Assembly (NCBI GenBank): GCA_964016885.1 | Contig: OZ024743.1 | Location: forward strand, 206,894,001-206,958,000 | Direction: 5' to 3' | DNA: 64,000 bases | Source of the DNA: Eledone cirrhosa | Lineage: Eukaryota | Part shown: in pieces, positions 9,847 through 24,800 of the stretch | Layout of the letters: every line of letters begins with the position of its first letter | How positions within the stretch are numbered: the stretch's first letter is position 1 | Translations under genes and position numbers: made by a program | Notes under the pieces: generated by a model | The model's input: the letters and a program-made list of their open reading frames with translations, nothing else | Told to the model about the DNA's origin: nothing | Databases searched by the model: none

Positions 9847-12800
9847 TATTCACTGCTGGGAGCTTATCCCACTGGTCAGCTCCAGCATACTGACCCTTGG
9901 TACGATATATACACTGAAGGGAGCTCATCCCACTGGTCAGCTCTGATACTGATCCTTGGTATCATATATACACTGCAGGGAGCTCATCCCACTGGTCAGC
10001 TCTGATACTGATCCTTGGCACCATATATTCACTGCTGGGAGCTCATCCCACTGGTCAGCTCTGATACTGATCCTTAGCACCATATATACACTACTGGGAG
10101 CTCATCCCACTGGTCAGCTCCAGCATACTGATCCTTGGTACCATATATACACTGCTGGGAGCTCATCCCACTGGTCAGCTCCAGCATACTGATCCTTGGC
10201 ACCATATATACACTGCAGGGAGCCCATCCCATTGGTCAGCTCTGATACTGATCCTTGGTACCATATATACGCTGCTGTGAGCTCATCCCACTGGTCAGCT
10301 CTGATACTGATCCTTGGCACCATATATACACTGCAGGGAGCCCATCCCATTGGTCAGCTCTGATACTGATCCTTAGCACCATATATACACTACTGGGAGC
10401 TCATCCCACTGGTCAACTCCAGCATACTGATCCTTGGTACCATATATACACTGCTGGGAGCTCATCCCACTGGTCAGCTCTGATACTGATCCTTGGTACC
10501 ATATATACACTGAAGAGAGCTCATCCCACTGGTCAGCTCTGATACTGATCCTTGGTACCATATATACACTGCTGGGAGCACATCCCACTGGTCAGCTCTG
10601 ATACTGATCCTTGGTACCATATATACACTGCAGAGAGCTCATCCCACTGGTCAGCCCTGAAACTGATCCTTGGTACCATATATACACTGCAGGGAGCTCA
10701 TCCCACAGGTCAGCTCTGATACTGATCCTTGGTACCATATATACACTGCAGGGAGCTCATCCCACTGGTCAGCTCTGATACTGATCCTTGGTACCATATA
10801 TACACTGCAGGGAGCTCATCCCACTGGTCAGCTCTGATACTGATCCTTGGTACCATATATACACTGCAGGGAGCTCATCCCACAGGTCAGCTCTGATACT
10901 GATCCTTGGTAACATATATACACTGCAAAGAGCTCATCCCACTGGTCAGCTCTGATACTGATCCTTGGCACCATATATACACTGAAGGGAGCTCATCCCA
11001 ATGGTCAGCTCCAGCATACTGATCCTTGGCACCATATATACACTGAAGGGAGCTCATCCCACTAGTCAGCTCTGATACTAATCCTTGGTACCATATATAC
11101 ACTGCTGGGAGCTCATCCCACTGGTCAGCTCCAGAATACTGATCCTTGGCACCATATATACACTGAAGGGAGCTCATCCCACTGGTCAGCTCTGATACTG
11201 ATCCTTGGTACCATATGTACACTGCAGGGAGCTCATCCCACAGGTCAGCTCTGATACTGATCCTTGGTACCATATATACACTGCAGAGAGCTCATCCCAC
11301 TGGTCAGCTCAGGCATACTGATCCTTGGTACCATATATACACTGCTGGGAGCTCATCCCACTGGTCAGCTCTAGCATACTGATCCTTGGTACCATATATA
11401 CACTACTGGGAGCTCATCCCACTGGTCAGCTCTGATACTGATCCTTGGCACCATATATACACTGCTGGGAGCTCATCCCACTGGTCAGCTCCAGCATACT
11501 GATCCTTGGTACCATATATACACTGCAGGGAGCTCATCCCACTGGTCAGCTCTGATACTGATCCTTGGTACCATATATACACTGCAGGGAGCTCATCCCA
11601 CAGGTCAGCTCTGATACTGATCCTTGGTAACATATATACACTGCAAAGAGCTCATCCCACTGGTCAGCTCTGATACTGATCCTTGGCACCATATATACAC
11701 TGAAGGGAGCTCATCCCAATGGTCAGCTCCAGCATACTGATCCTTGGCACCATATATACACTGAAGGGAGCTCATCCCACTGGTCAACTCTGATACTGAT
11801 CCTTGGCACCATATATACACTGCTGGGAGCTCATTCCACTGGTCAGCTCCAGCATACTGATCCTTGGTACCATATATACACTGAAGGGAGCTCATCCCAC
11901 TGGTCAGCTCTGATACTGATCCTTGGTACCATATGTACACTGCAGGGAGCTCATCCCACAGGTCAGCTCTGATACTGATCCTTGGTACCATATATACACT
12001 GCAGAGAGCTCATCCCACTGGTCAGCTCAGGCATACTGATCCTTGGTACCATATATACACTGCTGGGAGCTCATCCCACTGGTCAGCTCTAGCATACTGA
12101 TCCTTGGTACCATATATACACTACTGGGAGCTCATCCCACTGGTCAGCTCTGATACTGATCCTTGGCACCATATATACACTGCTGGGAGCTCATCCCACT
12201 GGTCAGCTCCAGCATACTGATCCTTGGTACCATATATACACTGAAGGGAGCTCATCCCACTGGTCAGCTCTGATACTGATCCTTGGTACCATATATATAC
12301 TGCTGGGAGATAATCCCACTGGTCAGCTCCAGCATACTGATCCTTCGTACCATATATATACTGAAGGGAGCTCATCCCACTGGTCAGTTCTGATTCTGAT
12401 CCTTGGTACCATATATACACTGCTGGGAGCTCGTCCCACTGGTCAGCTCTGATACTGATCCTTGGCACCAAATATACACTGCTGGGAGCTCATCCCACTG
12501 GTCAGCTCTGATACTGATCCTTGGCACCATATATACACTGCTGAGAGCTCATCCCACTGGTCAGCTCTGATACTGATCCTTGGCACCATATATACACTGC
12601 TGGGAGCTCATCCCGCTGGTCAGCTCCAGCATACTGATCCTTGGTACCATATATACGCTACTGGGAGCTCATCCCGCTGGTCAGCTCTGATACTGATACT
12701 TGGCACCATTATACACTGCTGGGAGCTCATCCCACTGGTCAGCTCCAGCATACTGATCCTTGGTACCATATATACACTGCAGGGAGCTCATCCCACTGGT

Positions 12801-15800
12801 CAGCTCCAGCATACTGATCCTTGGTACCATATATACACTGAAGGGAGCTCATCCCACTGGTCAGCTCTGATACTGATCCTTGGCACCATATATACACTGC
12901 TGGGAGCTCGTCCCACTGGTCAGCTCTGATACTGATCCTTGGCACCACATATACACTGCTGAGAGCTCATCCCACTGGTCAGCTCTGATACTGATCCTTG
13001 GCACCATATATACACTGCTGGGAGCTCATCCAGCTGGTCAGCTCCAGCATACTGATCCTTGGTACCATATATACACTGCAGGGAGCTCATCCCACTGGTC
13101 AGCTCCAGCATACTGATCCTTGGTACCATATATACACTGCTGGGAGCTCATCCCACTGGTCAGCTCTGATACTGATCCTTGGCACCATATATACACTGCT
13201 GGGAGCTCATCCCACTGGTCAGCTCCAGCATACTGATCCTTGGCACCATATATACACTGCTGGGTGCTCATCCCACTGGTCAGCTCTGATACTGATCCTT
13301 GGTACCATATATACACTGCTGGGAGCTCATCCCACTGGTCAGCTCTGATACTGAGCCTTGGTGCCATATATACACTGCTGGGAGCTCATCCCACTGGTCA
13401 GCTCCAGCATACTGATCCTTGGTACCATATATACACTGCTGGGAGCTCATCCCACTGGTCAGCTCTGATACTGAGCCTTGGTACCATATATACACTGCTG
13501 GGAGCTCATCCCACTGGTCAGCTTTGATACTGAGCCTTGGTACCATATATACACTGCTGGGAGCTCATCCTATTGGTCAGCTCTGATACTGATCCTTGGT
13601 ACCATATATACACTGAAGGGAGCTCATCCCACTGGTCAGCTCAGATACTGATCCTAGCTACCATATATACACTGCTGGGAGCTCATCCCACTGGTCAGCT
13701 CTGATACTCATCCTTGGCACCATATATACACTGCTGGGAGCTCATCCCACTGGTCAGATATGATACTGATCCTTGGTACCATATATACACTGAAGGGAGC
13801 TCATCCCACTGGTCAGTTCTGATACTGATCCTTGGTACCATATATACACTGAAGGGAGCTCATCCCACTGGTCAGCTCTGACAGTGATCCTTGGTACCAT
13901 ATATACACTGCAGGGAGCTCATCCCACTGGTCAGCTCCAGCATACTGATCCTTGGTACCATATATACACTGCTGGGAGCTCATCCCACTGGTCAGCTCTG
14001 ATACTGATCCTTGGTGCCATATATACACTGCAAGGAGCTCATCCCACTGGTCAGCTCCAGCATACTGATCCTTCGCACCATATATTCACTGCTAGGAGCT
14101 CATCCCACTGGTCAGCTCCAGCATACTGATCCTTGGTACCATATATACACTGAAGGGAGCTCATCCCAATGGTCAGCTCTGATAGTGATCCTTGGTACCA
14201 TATATACACTGCTGGGAGCTCATCCCACTGGTCAGCTCTGATACTGATCCTTGGCACCATATATACACTGCTGGGATCTCATCCCACTGGTCAGCTCTGA
14301 TACTGATCCTTGGCACCATATATACACTGCTGGGAGGTCATCCCACTGGTCGGCTCTGATACTGATCATTGGCACCATATAACACTGCTGGGATCTCATC
14401 CCACTGGTCAGCTCTGATACTGAGCCTTGGTACCATATATACACTGCTGGGAGCTCATCCCACTGGTCAGCTCTGATACTGAGCCTTGGTACCATATATA
14501 CACTGCTGGGAGCTCATCCTATTGGTCAGCTCTGATACTCATCCTTGGTACCATATATACACTGAAGGGAGCTCATCCCACTGGTCAGCTCCAGCATACT
14601 GATCCTTGGTACCATATATACGCTACTGGGAGCTCATCCGACTGGTCAGCTCTGATACTGATACTTGGCACCATTATACACTGCTGGGAGCTCATCCCAC
14701 TGGTCAGCTCCAGCATACTGATCCTTGGTACCATATATACACTGCTGGGAGATCATCCCACTGGTCAGCTCTGATACTGATCCTTGGCACCATATATACA
14801 CTGCTGGGAGCTCATCCCACTGGTCAGCTCTGATACTGATCCTTGGTACCATATATACACTGCTGGGAGCTCATACCACTGGTCAGCTCTGATACTGATC
14901 CTTGGCACCATATATACACTGCTGGGAGCTCATCCCACTGGTCAGGTCTGATACTGATCCTTAGTACCATATATACACTGAAGGGAGCTCATCCCACTGG
15001 TCAGTTCTGATACTGATCCTTGGTGCCATATATACACTGAAGGGAGCTCATCCCACTGGTCAGCTCTGACAGTGATCCTTGGTACCATATATACACTGCA
15101 GGGAGCTCATCCCACTGGTCAGCTCCAGCATACTGATCCTTGGTACCATATATACACTGCTGGGAGCTCATCCCACTGGTGAGCTCTGATACTGATCCTT
15201 GGTACCATATATACACTGAAAGGAGCTCATCCCACTGGTCAGCTCCAGCATACTGATCCTTGGTACCATATATTCACTGCAGGAGCTCATCCCACTGGTC
15301 AGCTCTGATACTGATTCTTGATACCATATATACACTGCTGGGAGCTCATCCCACTGGTCAGCTCCGGCATACTGATCATTGGCACCATATATACACTGCT
15401 GGGAGCTCATCCCACTGGTCAACTCCAGCATACTGATCCTTGGTACCATATATACACTGCTGGAAGCTCATCCCACTGGTCAGCTCTGATACTGATCCTT
15501 GGTAACATATATACACTGAAGGGAGCTCATCCCACTGGTCAGCTCTGACACTGATCCTTGGTACCATATATACACTGCAGGGAGCTCATCCCATTGGTCA
15601 GCTCTGATACTGATCCTTGGCACCATATATACACTGAAGGGAGCTCATCCCACTGGTCAGCTCTGATACTGATCCTTGGCACCATATATACACTGAAGGG
15701 AGCTCATCCCACTGGTCAGCTCTAATACTGATCCTTTGCACCATATATACACTGAAGGGAGCTCATCCCACTGGTCAGCTCTGATACTGATCCTTTGCAC

Positions 15801-18800
15801 CATATATACACTGCAGGGAGCTCATCCCACTGGTCAGCTCTGATACAGATCCTTGGTACCATATATACACTGCTGGGAGCTCATCCCACTGGTCAACTCT
15901 GATACTGATCCTTGGTACCATATATACACTGAAGGGAGCTCATCCCACTGGTCAGCTCTAATACTGATCCTTGGTACCATATATACACTGCAGGGAGCTC
16001 ATCCCACTGGTCAGCTCTGATACTGATCCTTGGCACCATATATACACTGAAGGGAGCTCATCCCGCTGGTCAGCTCTGATACTGATCCTTGGCACCATAT
16101 ATACACTGAAGGGAGCTCATCCCACTGGTCAGCTCTGATACTGATCCTTTGCACCATATATACACTGCAGGGAGCTCATCCCACTGGTCAGCTCTGATAC
16201 AGATCCTTGGTACCATATATACACTGCTGGGAGCTCATCCACTGGTCAGCTCTGATACTGATCCTTGGCACCATATATACACTGCTGGGAGCTCATCCCA
16301 CTGGTCAGCTCTGATACTGATCCTTGGCACCATATATACACTGTTGGGAGCTCATCCCACTGGTCAGCTCTGATACAGATCCTTGGTGCCATATATACAC
16401 TACTGGGAGCTCACCCCACTGGTCAGCTCTGATACTGATACTGATACTTGGCACCATTATACACTGCTGGGAGCTCATCCCACTGGTCAGCTCCAGCATA
16501 CTGATCCTTGGTACCATATATACACTGCTGGGAGCTCATCCCACTGGTCAGCTCTGATACTGATCCTTGGTACCATATATACACTGCTGGCAGCTCAACC
16601 CACTGGTCAGCTCTGATACTGAGCCTTGGTACCATATATACACTGCTGGGAGCTCATCCCACTGGTCAGCTCCAGCATACTGATCCTTGGTACCATATAT
16701 ACACTGAAGGGAGCTCATCCCACTGGTCGGCTCTGACAGTGATCCTTGGTACCATATATACACTGCAGGGAGCTCATCCCACTGGTCAGCTCTGACAGTG
16801 ATCCTTGGTACCATATATACACTGCAGGGAGCTCATCCCACTGGTCAGCTCTGATACTGATCCTTGGTACCATCTATACACTGAAGGGAGCTCATCCCAC
16901 TGGTCAGCTCTGATACTGATCCTTGGTACCATATATACACTGCAGGGAGCTCATCCCACTGGTCAGCTCTGATACTGATCCTTGGTACCATATATACACT
17001 GAAGGGAGCTCATCCCACTGGTCAGTTCTGATACTGATCCTTGGTGCCATATATACACTGAAGGGAGCTCATCCCACTGGTCAGCTCTGACAGTGATCCT
17101 TGGTACCATATATACACTGCAGGGAGCTCATCCCACTGGTCAGCTCTGATACTTATCCTTGGTACCATATATACACTGCTGGGAGCTCATCCCACTGGTC
17201 AGCTCTGATACTGATCCTTGGTACCATATATACACTGCAAGGAGCTCATCCCACTGGTCAGCTCCAGCATACTGATCCTTGGTACCATATATTCACTGCA
17301 GGGAGCTCATCCCACTGGTCAGCTCTGATACTGATCCTTGGTACCATATATACACTGCAGGGAGCTCATCCCACTGGTCAGCTCTGATACTGATCCTTGG
17401 TACCATATATACACTGCTGGGAGCTCATCCACTGGTCAGCTCTGATACTGATCCTTGGCACCATATATACACTGCTGGGAGCTCATCCCACTGGTCAGCT
17501 CTGATACTGATCCTTGGTACCATATATACACTGCAAGGAGCTCATCCCACTGGTCAGCTCCAGCATACTGATCCTTGGTACCATATATTCACTGCAGGGA
17601 GCTCATCCCACTGGTCAGCTCTGATACTGATCCTTGGTACCATATATACACTGCAGGGAGCTCATCCCACTGGTCAGCTCCAGCATACTGATCCTTGGTA
17701 CCATATATACGCTACTGGGAGCTCATCCCACTGGTCAGCTCTGATACTGATACTGATACTTGGCACCATTATACACTGCTGGGAGCTCATCCCACTGGTC
17801 AGCTCCAGCATACTGATCCTTGGTACCATATATACACTGCTGGGAGCTCATCCCACTGGTCAGCTCCAGCATACTGATCCTTGGTACCATATATACACTG
17901 CTGGGAGCTCATCCCACTGGTCAGCTCTGATACTGTTCCTTGGTACCATATATATACTGCTGGGAGCTCAACCCACTGGTCAGCTCTGATACTGAGCCTT
18001 GGTACCATATATACACTGCTGGGAGCTCATCCCACTGGTCAGCTCCAGCATACTGATCCTTGGTACCATATATACACTGAAGGGAGCTCATCCCACTGGT
18101 CAGCTCTGACAGTGATCCTTGGTACCATATATACACTGCAGGGAGCTCATCCCACTGGTCAGCTCTGACAGTGATCCTTGGTACCATATATACACTGCAG
18201 GGAGCTCATCCCACTGGTCAGCTCCAGCATACTGATCCTTGGTACCATATATACACTGCTGGGAGCTCATCCCACTGGTCAGCTCTGATACTGATGCTTG
18301 GCACCATATATACACTACTGGGAGCTCATCCCACTGGTCAGCTCTGATACTGATCCTTGGTACCAGATAAACACTGAAAGGAGCTCATCCCACTGGTCAG
18401 CTCCAGCATACTGATCCTTGGTACCATATATACACTGCTGGGAGCTCATCCGACTGGTCAGCTCTGATACTGATCCTTGGTACCATATATACACTGAAGG
18501 GAGCTCATCTCACTGGTTAGCTCTGATACTGATCCTTCGTACCATATATACACTGCAGGGAGCTCATCCCACTGGTCAGATCTGATACTGATCCTTGGCA
18601 CCATATATACACTGAAAGGAGCCCATCCCACTGGTCAGCTCTGATACTGATCCTTGGTACCAGATAAACACTGAAAGGAGCTCATCCCACTGGTCAGCTT
18701 CAGCATACTGATCCTTGGTACCATATATACACTGCTGGAAGCTCATCCCACTGGTCAGCTCTGATACTGATCCTTGGTACCATATATACACTGAAGGGAG

Positions 18801-21800
18801 CTCATCCCACTGGTCAGCTCTGACACTGATCCTTGGTACCATATATACACTTAAGGGAGCTCATCTCACTGGTCAGCTCTGATACTGATCCTTGGTACCA
18901 TATATACACTACTGGGAGCTCATCCCACTGGTCAGCTCTGATACTGATCCTTGGTACCATATATACACTGAAGGGAGCTCATCCCACTGGTCAGATCTGA
19001 TACTGATCCTTGGCACCATATATACACTGAAAGGAGCCCATCCCACTGGTCAGCTCTGATACTGATCCTTGGTACCAGATAAACACTGAAAGGAGGTCAT
19101 CCCACTGGTCAGCTTCAGCATACTGATCCTTGGTACCATATATACACTGCTGGAAGCTCATCCCACTGGTCAGCTCTGATACTGATCCTTGGTACCATAT
19201 ATACACTGCTGGAAGCTCATCCCACTGGTCAGCTCTGATACTGATCCTTGGTACCATATATACACTGAAGGGAGCTCATCCCACTGGTCAGCTCTGATAC
19301 TGATCCTTGGTACCATATATACACTACTGGGAGCTCATCCCACTGGTCAGCTCTGATACTGATCCTTGGTACCATATATACACTGAAGGGAGCTCATACC
19401 ACTGGTCAGCTCTAATACTGATCCTTGGTACCATATATACACTGCAGGGAGCTCATCCCACTGGTCAGCTCTGATACTGATCCTTGGCACCATATATACA
19501 CTGAAGGGAGCTCATCCCACTGGTCAGCTCTGATACTGATCCTTGGCACCATATATACACTGAAGGGAGCTCATCCCACTGGTCAGCTCTGATACTGATC
19601 CTTTGCACCATATATACACTGCAGGGAGCTCATCCCACTGGTCAGCTCTGATACTGATCCTTGGTACCATATATACACTGCTGGGAGCTCATCCACTGGT
19701 CAGCTCTGATACTGTTCCTTGGCACCATATATACACTGCTGGGAGCTCATCCCACTGGTCAGCTCTGATACTGATCCTTGGCACCATATATACAGTGCTG
19801 GGAGCTCATCCCACTGGTCAGCTCTGATACTGATCCTTGGTGCCATATATACGCTACTGGGAGCTCATACCACTGGTCAGCTCTGATACTGATACTGATA
19901 CTTGGCACCATTATACACTGCTGGGAGCTCATCCCACTGGTCAGCTCTAATACTGATCCTTGGTACCATATATACACTGCAGGGAGCTCATCCCACTGGT
20001 CAGCTCTGATACTGATCCTTGGCACCATATATACACTGAAGGGAGCTCATCCCACTGGTCAGCTCTGATACTGATCCTTGGCACCATATATACACTGAAG
20101 GGAGCTCATCCCACTGGTCAGCTCTGACAGTGATCCTTGGTACCATATATACACTGCAGGGAGCTCATCCCACAGGTCAGCTCTGACAGTGATCCTTGGT
20201 ACCATATATACACTGCAGGGAGCTCATCCCACTGGTCAGCTCTGATACTGATCCTTGGTACCATCTATACACTGAAGGGAGCTCATCCCACTGGTCAGCT
20301 CTGATACTGATCCTTGGTACCATATATACACTGCAGGGAGCTCATCCCACTGGTCAGCTCTGATACTGATCCTTGGTACCATATATACACTGCTGGGAGC
20401 TCATCCCACTGGTCAGTTCTGATACTGATCCTTGGTGCCATATATACACTGAAGGGAGCTCATCCCACTGGTCAGCTCTGACAGTGATCCTTGGTACCAT
20501 ATATACACTGCAGGGAGCTCATCCCACTGGTCAGCTCCAGCATACTGATCCTTGGTAAAATATATACACTGCTGGGAGCTCATCCCACTGGTGAGCTCTG
20601 ATACTGATCCTTGGTACCATATATACACTGCAAGTAGCTCATCCCACTGGTCAGCTCCAGCATACTGATCCTTGGTACCATATATTCACTGCAGGGAGCT
20701 CATCCCACTGGTCAGCTCTGATACTGATCCTTGGTACCATATATACACTGCTGGGAGCTCATCCCACTGGTCAGCTCTGATACTGATGCTTGGCACCATA
20801 TATACACTACTGGGAGCTCATCCCACTGGTCAGCTCTGATACTGATCCTTGGTACCAGATAAACACTGAAAGGAGCTCATCCCACTGGTCAGCTCCAGCA
20901 TACTGATCCTTGGTACCATATATACACTGCTGGGAGCTCATCCGACTGGTCAGCTCTGATACTGATCCTTGGTACCATATATACACTGAAGGGAGCTCAT
21001 CTCACTGGTCAGCTCTGATACTGATCCTTGGTACCATATATACACTGCAGGGAGCTCATCCCACTGGTCAGATCTGATACTGATCCTTGGCACCATATAT
21101 ACACTGAAAGGAGCCCATCCCACTGGTCAGCTCTGATACTGATCCTTGGTACCAGATAAACACTGAAAGGAGCTCATCCCACTGGTCAGCTTCAGCATAC
21201 TGATCCTTGGTACCATATATACACTGCTGGAAGCTCATCCCACTGGTCAGCTCTGATACTGATCCTTGGTACCATATATACACTGAAGGGAGCTCATCCC
21301 ACTGGTCAGCTCTGACACTGATCCTTGGTACCATATATACACTTAAGGGAGCTCATCTCACTGGTCAGCTCTCATATGGATCCTTGGTACCATATATACA
21401 CTACTGGGAGCTCATCCCACTGGTCAGCTCTGATACTGATCCTTGGTACCATATATACACTGAAGGGAGCTCAACCCACTGGTCAGCTCTGATACTGATC
21501 CTTGGTACCATATATACACTGCAGGGAGCTCATCCCACTGGTCAGCTCTGATACTGATCCTTGGCACCATATATACACTGAAGGGAGCTCATCCCACTGG
21601 TCAGCTCTGATACTGATCCTTGGCACCATATATAAACTGAAGGGAGCTCATCCCACTGGTCAGCTCTGATACTGATCCTTTGCACCATATATACACTGCA
21701 GAGAGCTCATCCCACTGGTCAGCTCTGATACTGATCCTTGGTACCATATATACACTGCTGGGAGCTCATCCACTGGTCAGCTCTGATACTGATCATTGGC

Positions 21801-24800
21801 ACCATATATACACTGCTGGGAGCTCATCCCACTGGTCAGCCCCAGCATACTGATCCTTGGTACCATATATACGCTACTGGGAGCTCATCCCACTGGTCAG
21901 CTCTGATACTGATACTGATACTTCGCACCATTATACATTGCTGGGAGCTCATCCCACTGGTCAGCTCCAGCATACTGATCCTTGGTACCATATATACACT
22001 GCAGGGAGCTCATCCCACTGGTCAGCTCTGATACTGAGCCTTGGTACCATATATACACTGATGGGAGCTCATCCCACTGGTCAGCTCCAGCATACTGATC
22101 CTTGGTACCATATATACACTGCTGGGAGCTCAACCCACTGGTCAGCTCTGATACTGAGCCTTGGTACCATATATACACTGCTGGGAGCTCATCCCACTGG
22201 TCAGCTCCAGCATACTGATCCTTGGTACCATATATACACTGCTGGGAGCTCATCCCACTGGTCAGCTCCAGCATACTGATCCTTGGTACCATATATACAC
22301 TGCTGGGAGCTCATCCCACTGGTCAGCTCTGATACTGTTCCTTGGGACCATATATATACTGCTGGGAGCTCAACCCACTGGTCAGCTCTGATACTGAGCC
22401 TTGGTACCATATATACACTGCTGGGAGCTCATCCCACTGGTCAGCTCCAGCATTCTGATCCTTGGTACCATATATACACTGAAGGGAGCTCATCCCACTG
22501 GTCAGCTCTGACAGTGATCCTTGGTACCATATATACACTGCAGGGAGCTCATCCCACTGGTCAGCTCCAGCATACTGATCCTTGGTACCATATATACACT
22601 GCTGGGAGCTCATCCCACTGGTGAGCTCTGATACCGATCCTTGGTACCATATATACACTGCAAGGAGCTCATCCCACTGGTCAGCTCCAGCATTCTGATC
22701 CTTGGTACCATATATTCACTGCAGGGAGCTCATCCCACTGGTCAGCTCTGATACTGATCCTTGGTACCATATATACACTGCTGGGAGCTCATCCCACTGG
22801 TCAGCTCTGATACTGATGCTTGGCACCATATATACACTACTGGGAGCTCATCCCACTGGTCAGCTCTGATACTGATCCTTGGTACCATATATACACTGCA
22901 GGGAGCTCATCCCACTGGTCAGATCTGATACTGATCCTTGGCACCATATATACACTGAAAGGAGCCCATCCCACTGGTCAGCTCTGATACTGATCCTTGG
23001 TACCAGATAAACACTGAAAGGAGCTCATCCCACTGGTCAGCTTCAGCATACTGATCCTTGGTACCATATATACACTGCTGGAAGCTCATCCCACTGGTCA
23101 GCTCTGACACTGATCCTTGGTACCATATATACACTTAAGGGAGCTCATCTCACTGGTCAGCTCTGATACTGATCCTTGGTACCATATATACACTACTGGG
23201 AGCTCATCCCACTGGTCAGCTCTGATACTGATCCTTGGTACCATATATACACTGAAGGGAGCTCATCCCACTGGTCAGCTCTGATACTGATCCTTGGTAC
23301 CATATATACACTGCAGGGAGCTCATCCCACTGGTCAGCTCTGATACTGATCCTTGGCACCATATATACACTGAAGGGAGCTCATCCCACTGGTCAGCTCT
23401 GATACTGATCCTTGGCACCATATATACACTGAAGGGAGCTCATCCCACTGGTCAGCTCTGATACTGATACTTTGCACCATATATACACTGCAGAGAGCTC
23501 ATCCCACTGGTCAGCTCTGATACTGATCCTTGGTACCATATATACACTGCTGGGAGCTCATCCACTGGTCAGCTCTGATACTGATCATTGGCACCATATA
23601 TACACTGCTGGGAGCTCATCCCACTGGTCAGCTCCAGCATACTGATCCTTGGTACAATATATACGCTACTGGGAGCTCATCCCACTGGTCAGCTCTGATA
23701 CTGATACTGATACTTCGCACCATTATACATTGCTGGGAGCTCATCCCACTGGTCAGCTCTGACAGTGATCCTTGGTACCATATATACACTGCAGGGAGCT
23801 CATCCCACTGGTCAGCTCTGATACTGAGCCTTGGTACCATATATACACTGATGGGAGCTCATCCCACTGGTCAGCTCCAGCATACTGATCCTTGGTACCA
23901 TATATACACTGCTGGGAGCTCAACCCACTGGTCAGCTCTGATACTGAGCCTTGGTACCACATATACACTGCTGGGAGCTCATTCCACAGGTCAGCTCCAG
24001 CATACTGATCCTTGGTACCATATATACACTGAAGGGAGCTCATCCCACTGGTCAGCTCTGACAGTGATCCTTGGTACCATATATACACTGCAGGGAGCTC
24101 ATCCCACTGGTCAGCTCTGACAGTGATCCTTGGTACCATATATACACTGCAGGGAGCTCATCCCACTGGTCAGCTCTGATACTGATCCTTGGTACCATCT
24201 ATACACTGAAGGGAGCTCATCCCACTGGTCAGCTCTGATACTGATCCTTGGTAGCATATATACACTGCAGGGAGCTCATCCCACTGGTCAGATCTGATAC
24301 TGATGCTTGGCACCATATATACACTACTGGGAGCTCATCCCACTGGTCAGCTCTGATACTGATCCTTGGTACCAGATAAACACTGAAAGGAGCTCATCCC
24401 ACTGGTCAGCTCCAGCATACTGATCCTTGGTACCATATATACACTGCTGGGAGCTCATCCCACTGGTCAGCTCTGATACTGATCCTTGGTACCATATATA
24501 CACTGCTGGGAGCTCATCCCACTGGTCAGATCTGATACTGATCCTTGGCACCATATATACACTGAAAGGAGCCCATCCCACTGGTCAGCTCTGATACTGA
24601 TCCTTGGTACCAGATAAACACTGAAAGGAGCTCATCCCACTGGTCAGCTTCAGCATACTGATCCTTGGTACCATATATACACTGCAGGGAGCTCATCCCA
24701 CTGGTCAGCTCTGATACTGATCCTTGGTACCATATATACACTGAAGGGAGCTCATCCCACTGGTCAGTTCTGATACTGATCCTTGGTGCCATATATACAC

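Noticed and set aside
2020-9900. Common origin of satellites A (64 bp) and B (59/61 bp)
   Set aside because: Similar period, but no alignable sequence seen on either strand.
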